From positions 1 through 40,302 of the IMG/VR virus record IMGVR_UViG_3300030104_002640: a stretch of DNA of 40,302 nucleotides. One strand, 5' to 3'. The translations under genes were made by a program, and so were the position numbers. Position 1 is the stretch's first letter. Each line of letters opens with the position of its first letter. Below are positions 35,696 to 40,302 of the stretch, piece after piece. Under the pieces are notes generated by a model, which had not been told where the DNA came from, searched no databases, and saw nothing but the letters and a program-made list of their open reading frames with translations. The DNA is from a virus. Lineage: Duplodnaviria > Caudoviricetes.

Positions 35696-37351
35696 ATGAC
35701 TATATCGTCTACTACGACTAAAAATTCGTATAGTGGAAATGGATCTACTACAGTTTTTGCTTATGGTTTTTACATTCCAGCATCGACAGACATACAAGTA
35801 ATTGTAAGATCTTCGACAGGAACTGAAACTGTAAAAGCTGAAGGTACAGGATCAACAAATTACAGCATCACAGGTGTTGGCTCTGGATCTGGTGGCAATG
35901 TTACTTTTGTAACTGCACCAGCATCAGGGGAAACTGTTGTACTTCGAAGAAATACAGCAAAGACACAAGCTACTGATTATGTTGCTAATGATCCTTTCCC
36001 AGCAGAAACGCATGAAGATGCTCTCGATAAGCTCACGATTATAGGTCAAGATTTACAAGAACAAGTTGATCGTTCATTAAAACTATCAAGAACAAATACA
36101 ATGACCTCAACAGAATTTACTGTTGGCTCTACTGATCGTGCTTCTAAAATTCTAGCTTTTGATAGTTCTGGAGAATTATCAGTTACACAAGAATTAGGTA
36201 CAGTAAAAGGCAACTGGGCTGCATCCACAGCTTATGTTGTAAGAGATATAATTAAAGACACAAATAATAATAATATTTATATTTGTTTAACAGCTCATAC
36301 TTCTTCTGGAGCAGTTCCAATTTCAACAAACACAGATGCTGCTAAATGGAGTTTATTAGTAGATGCTGCTTCGGCAACCACAAGTCAAACTGCTGCGGCT
36401 TCAAGTGCTACTGCTGCTGCAAATTCTGCTACCGCTGCTGCATCGAGTGCTTCGACAGCTTCTGGTCATAAAGACACAGCAACAACAAAAGCTTCAGAAG
36501 CCGCTTCATCGGCAACAGCTGCGGCATCATCAGCCACTTCTGCTGCCGCAAGTTATGATAATTTTGATGATAGATATTTAGGAGCAAAATCTTCTGATCC
36601 ATCTAATGATAATGATGGAGATAGTTTAGTAACTGGTGCTTTATATTTTAATACATCTAATAATGTCATGATGGTTTACACAGGTTCTGCCTGGGTAAGA
36701 ACAACACCAACATCTTCGGATCAAACAAACATTAATGCTCTATCAGCTAGTGCAGTAATAACTGACATGGATTTATTGGCAACGAGTGCAGTAATCGAAG
36801 ATATGGGATTACTCGGAACTTCAGCTAATGTAACCGCTATGGGATTACTAGGTGTATCTGGTGTTATAACTGACATGGGATTACTAGGTACAAGTGCAGT
36901 TGTAACTGATATGGATTTATTAGGAACGAGTGCCAATGTAACAAACATGGCAACTCTTGGAGCTAGTGGGGTTGTATCAAATATTGCAACTGTCGCTGGA
37001 TCAATAGCCAATGTTAATACTACTGCGACTAATATTGCTGGAGTAAATAGTTTTGCTGAAAGATATAGAGTAGGTTCAAGCGATCCTAGTTCTAGTCTTG
37101 ATGAGGGAGATCTATTTTATAACTCATCAGATAATGCTTTAAAATATTACAATGGTAGTGCCTGGGCATCTATCGTTGCTGATACTGATGTTAAAGTTCT
37201 TGTAAGTTCAAATGATTCAACTGCTGGTTATTTGAATGGTAAATTAGTTGCTGGTACAGCAATTACTTTTGCAGAAAATAATGATGGCAGTAACGAAACA
37301 CTAACAATTAACGCAACTGATCCTACAGCTCTTGCGATTGCGTTAGGATAG
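35696..37351 (+). CDS. Main tail fibre (T7 gp17 N-terminal anchor-like)
   Basis: MTISSTTTKNSYSGNGSTTVFAYGF...FPAETHEDALDKLT; Ala/Ser coiled coil; FDDRYLGAK; GALYFN. Confidence 0.88.
   Translation: MTISSTTTKNSYSGNGSTTVFAYGFYIPASTDIQVIVRSSTGTETVKAEGTGSTNYSITGVGSGSGGNVTFVTAPASGETVVLRRNTAKTQATDYVANDPFPAETHEDALDKLTIIGQDLQEQVDRSLKLSRTNTMTSTEFTVGSTDRASKILAFDSSGELSVTQELGTVKGNWAASTAYVVRDIIKDTNNNNIYICLTAHTSSGAVPISTNTDAAKWSLLVDAASATTSQTAAASSATAAANSATAAASSASTASGHKDTATTKASEAASSATAAASSATSAAASYDNFDDRYLGAKSSDPSNDNDGDSLVTGALYFNTSNNVMMVYTGSAWVRTTPTSSDQTNINALSASAVITDMDLLATSAVIEDMGLLGTSANVTAMGLLGVSGVITDMGLLGTSAVVTDMDLLGTSANVTNMATLGASGVVSNIATVAGSIANVNTTATNIAGVNSFAERYRVGSSDPSSSLDEGDLFYNSSDNALKYYNGSAWASIVADTDVKVLVSSNDSTAGYLNGKLVAGTAITFAENNDGSNETLTINATDPTALAIALG
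36755..36970 (+). repeat. Six 36-nt (12-aa) tandem coding repeats in the fibre shaft
   Basis: VITDMDLLATSA/VIEDMGLLGTSA/NVTAMGLLGVSG/VITDMGLLGTSA/VVTDMDLLGTSA/NVTNMATLGASG. Confidence 0.85.
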
Positions 37352-37361
37352 AAAGGAGAAT

Positions 37362-37727
37362 ATGGCTAACACATTTAAAACTGTAACTTTTGCAGCTGAA
37401 CCAGCTTCGGCTGGAACTCCATATGTAATGTACACAGTTGCTGGAAGCACCACTACTGTTGTTCTCGGTTTGCGATTAACTAATATTCATACTACTTCTG
37501 TTTCTGTTGAAGTAGAACTTGTTAGTGATACAGCAAATCGTAATGGAGCAAACAATGTTGCTAATGGTACTGCATTTCTTGCAAAGGATGTTGTTATTCC
37601 AGCAAAATCTTCACTTGAAATTTTGGCTGGGAGCAAGATCGTTATGGAAACTACAGATGTATTAAAAATTGATTGTTCAGTAGCAGATAAAGTTTCTGGT
37701 GCATTATCAATCATGGAAATAACTTAG
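37362..37727 (+). CDS. Tail fibre connector/hinge-like protein
   Basis: MANTFK...KIVMETTDVLKI...LSIMEIT; AAAGGAG RBS. Confidence 0.7.
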   Translation: MANTFKTVTFAAEPASAGTPYVMYTVAGSTTTVVLGLRLTNIHTTSVSVEVELVSDTANRNGANNVANGTAFLAKDVVIPAKSSLEILAGSKIVMETTDVLKIDCSVADKVSGALSIMEIT

Positions 37728-37735
37728 AGGTTAAA

Positions 37736-38635
37736 TTGACTTATATTGGACAACAGCCTAGCACTACTTTTGATTCTGGCATCCAGGATAGATTTACTGG
37801 TCTAACGACTAATACAGTAACTCTTAACCATGACATATCTGCTGAAGAAGATATACTTGTTGTATGGAATAATATTGTACAAGATAAGAATACTTATTCG
37901 GTTGGAGGTACTGGAAATAAAACTGTTACATTGGGTGGCACATTATCCTCATCGGATGTCGTAACTGTGTATTACTTAAATAAAGTAATGCAATCAGTTA
38001 ATCCTACTGCTGGTAGTGTTAGTTCTACTATTTTAGGTAGTGATATTTTATCTGGTCAAACTGATATTGGAGCAGATATTGCTGATGCAGATTTATTTTT
38101 AGTAGATGATGGAGCTGGTGGTACTGTTAGAAAAAGTGCTGCTTCAAGATTAAAAACTTATATTGGAAGTAACACTCCAGTTTTTGCAGCTTACTTATCT
38201 AATGACTCAGACCAATCTATTTCTGATTCTACTACAACTAAAATACAATTTGATGCAGAAAGAATTGATACTGCTGGTGCTTTTGATACATCAAATTATA
38301 AATTTACTGTTCCGTCTGGAGGAGCTGGAAAATATTTTATTGTATGTAAAGTTAAATGTGGTTCTTCTCAACAAAATGATATTGTTGGAGCATATGTTCA
38401 TATTTACAAAAACGGAAGTACATATCATAGTGTCGGATATACAGGAGCTGGTTTTATTTCTGGAACTAAATATCCTATATTAGGAATGGGTTTACTTTGT
38501 TCTACAGTTATAGATTTAGCAGCATCTGATTACATAGAGGGTTATGGATATATTAAAACAAATGGTGCTGGTACACCTAAATTCCAAGAAGGAAATGATC
38601 AATCAACATATATAGAAGGATTTAAGTTATTATGA
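37736..38635 (+). CDS. Secondary tail fibre with C1q-like C-terminal domain
   Basis: TYIGQQP anchor; PVFAAY...TKIQFDAE.ID...FDTSNYKFTVP...GKY...IYKNGS. Confidence 0.8.
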   Translation: MTYIGQQPSTTFDSGIQDRFTGLTTNTVTLNHDISAEEDILVVWNNIVQDKNTYSVGGTGNKTVTLGGTLSSSDVVTVYYLNKVMQSVNPTAGSVSSTILGSDILSGQTDIGADIADADLFLVDDGAGGTVRKSAASRLKTYIGSNTPVFAAYLSNDSDQSISDSTTTKIQFDAERIDTAGAFDTSNYKFTVPSGGAGKYFIVCKVKCGSSQQNDIVGAYVHIYKNGSTYHSVGYTGAGFISGTKYPILGMGLLCSTVIDLAASDYIEGYGYIKTNGAGTPKFQEGNDQSTYIEGFKLL

Positions 38636-38952
38636 GTTCATTAGCTAGTAAAATAAAAATATACTTAGGTAGAGAACCAGATTTTACATCAGAAGTAAAA
38701 CTACAAAATGATGGTAGTGGAGATTACATTAAAGAATGGAATATATCTTCTGAAAAATCTAAACCAACAGATTCACAACTAAATGCTGCTGATAGCGAAG
38801 CTACTAAATTAGAAAATAATAATAAAATTCGTGCAACTAGAAGAAATTTATATGGAGATATTGGCGATCAACTTGATGAAATATTTAAAGATATAGATGC
38901 TTGGAAAACAAGAATACAAAAAATTAAAACGGATAACCCAAAGGAAGAATAA
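38632..38952 (+). CDS. Tail fibre chaperone-like protein (paralogue of 154..501)
   Basis: YLGREPDFTSEVKLQND...IRATRRNLYGDIGDQLD. Confidence 0.72.
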   Translation: MSSLASKIKIYLGREPDFTSEVKLQNDGSGDYIKEWNISSEKSKPTDSQLNAADSEATKLENNNKIRATRRNLYGDIGDQLDEIFKDIDAWKTRIQKIKTDNPKEE

Positions 38953-38955
38953 AAT

Positions 38956-39528
38956 ATGGCTTTTAGTAAAATAGCAGCAGAAAATTTAGGTGGCTCAGCA
39001 CTTCCAGCAATAAGTGGAGCAAGTTTAACTAATGTTGATATTGGTAATTATTCTGTTCATGCTATTGCTGAATATGGAGAAACAACACAATATGATTTTA
39101 CTTCTTCAGCACACCCAGTTCAAATATCTAATGAATCTTGTAATTTAACAGCAACATCTACAAGTGATATTTTTATAGCAACTATTTCATGTAGTGCTTA
39201 CACAAATGTTGCTGGTAATGGTTTTGGACTTATGCTTGTAAAAGATACAGCTTCAGATTTTTCTAATTCAAATGGTGATACAACTGGAAATTATTGGCTT
39301 CATCAAACTGGAAGATATACTGAAATGGCAGAATCTACAAATTTTTATGCTAATCTTTCTTACACTTGTAAATTTACTTTACCAAACACAACTCAAACTT
39401 ATTTTAGATTAAATGGAATGATACAAAGACCATCAAGTGGCACAGTTACATTTAATGTAGATAGTTATGCAACAACTGAATTTACTAGACATGGTGTTCA
39501 AATAGTTCAATACAAATATAACGGATAA
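38956..39528 (+). CDS. Short fibre/spike-like protein
   Basis: MAFSKIAAENL...LPAISGASLT fibre motif plus beta-rich head. Confidence 0.7.
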   Translation: MAFSKIAAENLGGSALPAISGASLTNVDIGNYSVHAIAEYGETTQYDFTSSAHPVQISNESCNLTATSTSDIFIATISCSAYTNVAGNGFGLMLVKDTASDFSNSNGDTTGNYWLHQTGRYTEMAESTNFYANLSYTCKFTLPNTTQTYFRLNGMIQRPSSGTVTFNVDSYATTEFTRHGVQIVQYKYNG

Positions 39529-39531
39529 GAT

Positions 39532-39729
39532 ATGGCAATTTCAATAGCAGAAGCAATTTTACAAATTAATCCTAAAGCAGATGTTAGAGTAGCTAACAAT
39601 GATATTGATAGAATAGATTGGTATAATGGTACAGCAATCATTTCTAAAACTGATATACAAACTAAAATAACTGAAATGGAATCTGATCCTAAACCAGAAT
39701 GGATTCATCCAACAATAAAATATGATTAA
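39532..39729 (+). CDS. Small fibre chaperone-like protein
   Basis: AILQINPKADV...IDWYNGT..ISKTDIQTKI. Confidence 0.65.
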   Translation: MAISIAEAILQINPKADVRVANNDIDRIDWYNGTAIISKTDIQTKITEMESDPKPEWIHPTIKYD

Positions 39730-39747
39730 AAAAAATAAGGATAACAC

Positions 39748-40302
39748 ATGACTCAAGCCTATGTAGGTGCAGTACCGACAACTGGAGATTTTAAAAAGCT
39801 GGACTCAATTACAACCTCGAGTTCAACCACATTCAACCTTCGACAAAATAGTGTTGCTGTATATCCTCAATCAGCTAATCATTGTATTGTTTCGTTGAAT
39901 GGAGTTATTCAAGCTCCAGGCGATGCATTCAACATTGTCAATGATACTGTGGTGTTTTCAAGCAGCCTTGCTAGTTCGGATGTAATAAATTTTTTTCTTG
40001 TTCTTGGAAATGTAAACGATATTGGTACAGTATCAGATGACACAGTATCTACTGCAAAGCTACAAGCAAATTCTGTAACTGCTGCTAAATTTAATGCTGA
40101 TGTAATTAGTGGTCAAACTGCTCTTGGAGCAACACCAGCCGATACTGATGAGTTATTAGTATCTGATGCTGGAGTTATAAAAAGAGTAGATTATAGTTAT
40201 TTAAAAGGTTCAAATAATACTCCTTGTTTTGGAGCTAAAGCTACTTCAAATCAAACTGGTTTATCAAGTGGTGGTTGGACAAAAATACAATTTGATACTG
40301 CA
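39748..40302 (+). CDS. Secondary tail fibre, 3' truncated at the start of a C1q-like domain
   Basis: MTQAYVGAVP...VSLNGVIQAP...VISGQT...NTPCFGAKATSNQ...WTKIQFDTA; open to the window end. Confidence 0.82.
   Translation, partial: MTQAYVGAVPTTGDFKKLDSITTSSSTTFNLRQNSVAVYPQSANHCIVSLNGVIQAPGDAFNIVNDTVVFSSSLASSDVINFFLVLGNVNDIGTVSDDTVSTAKLQANSVTAAKFNADVISGQTALGATPADTDELLVSDAGVIKRVDYSYLKGSNNTPCFGAKATSNQTGLSSGGWTKIQFDTA

Larger units (their letters stand above)
1..40302. mobile_element. Near-complete temperate podovirus genome (lambdoid early region + BPP-1/T7-like virion module; pelagiphage-like)
   Basis: Integrase, repressor/Cro, terminases, portal, capsid, tail tube, ejection proteins and fibres all present; no host housekeeping genes; both window ends fall in a C1q-like fibre ORF. 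Confidence 0.93.

Noticed and set aside
37736-40302. Diversity-generating retroelement or invertase-driven fibre switching
   Set aside because: No reverse transcriptase, no adenine-specific TR/VR pair and no invertase or inverted cassettes seen
1-40302. Alternative genetic code or stop-codon recoding
   Set aside because: Genes tile densely under the standard code and the tRNA is not a suppressor

Overview
The window is an almost complete genome of an AT-rich (roughly 30% GC by eye) temperate podovirus. It opens inside a tail-fibre gene: 39748..40302 and 1..150 look like two ends of one C1q-like fibre gene with a short gap. The layout is a lambdoid early region joined to a BPP-1/T7-like podoviral virion module, with no DNA or RNA polymerase. 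The early region has a tyrosine integrase, a complete tRNA-Asn(GTT) as likely attP, Xis, SSB/annealing/exonuclease-like genes, a cI/cro switch with paired operators, an HEXXH protease, an HTH initiator with an iteron origin and a Q-like regulator. The virion module has TerS, an MT-A70 methylase, TerL, portal, scaffold, capsid, tail tube A/B, ejection proteins and a pesticin-type muramidase, followed by an array of fibre+chaperone cassettes. Gene content and composition suggest a marine alphaproteobacterial (SAR11/pelagiphage-like) host; this is inference. The most striking element is the 1188-aa gene in the ejection-protein block (29519..33085). It has a ParB-like domain and a RelA/SpoT small-alarmone-synthetase-like domain. 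The linker between them hides two convergent nested ORFs, each with a promoter-like signal: a +1-frame 82-aa ORF with a clear codon-usage signature and an antisense, apparently leaderless 73-aa ORF. This suggests an injected effector with built-in nested antidote genes. Other points of interest are a TMEM65-like membrane moron, an unannotated 27-aa 8-Cys micro-protein and a nuclease gene lacking a canonical start codon. All family calls come from motif recognition; no database searches were run.
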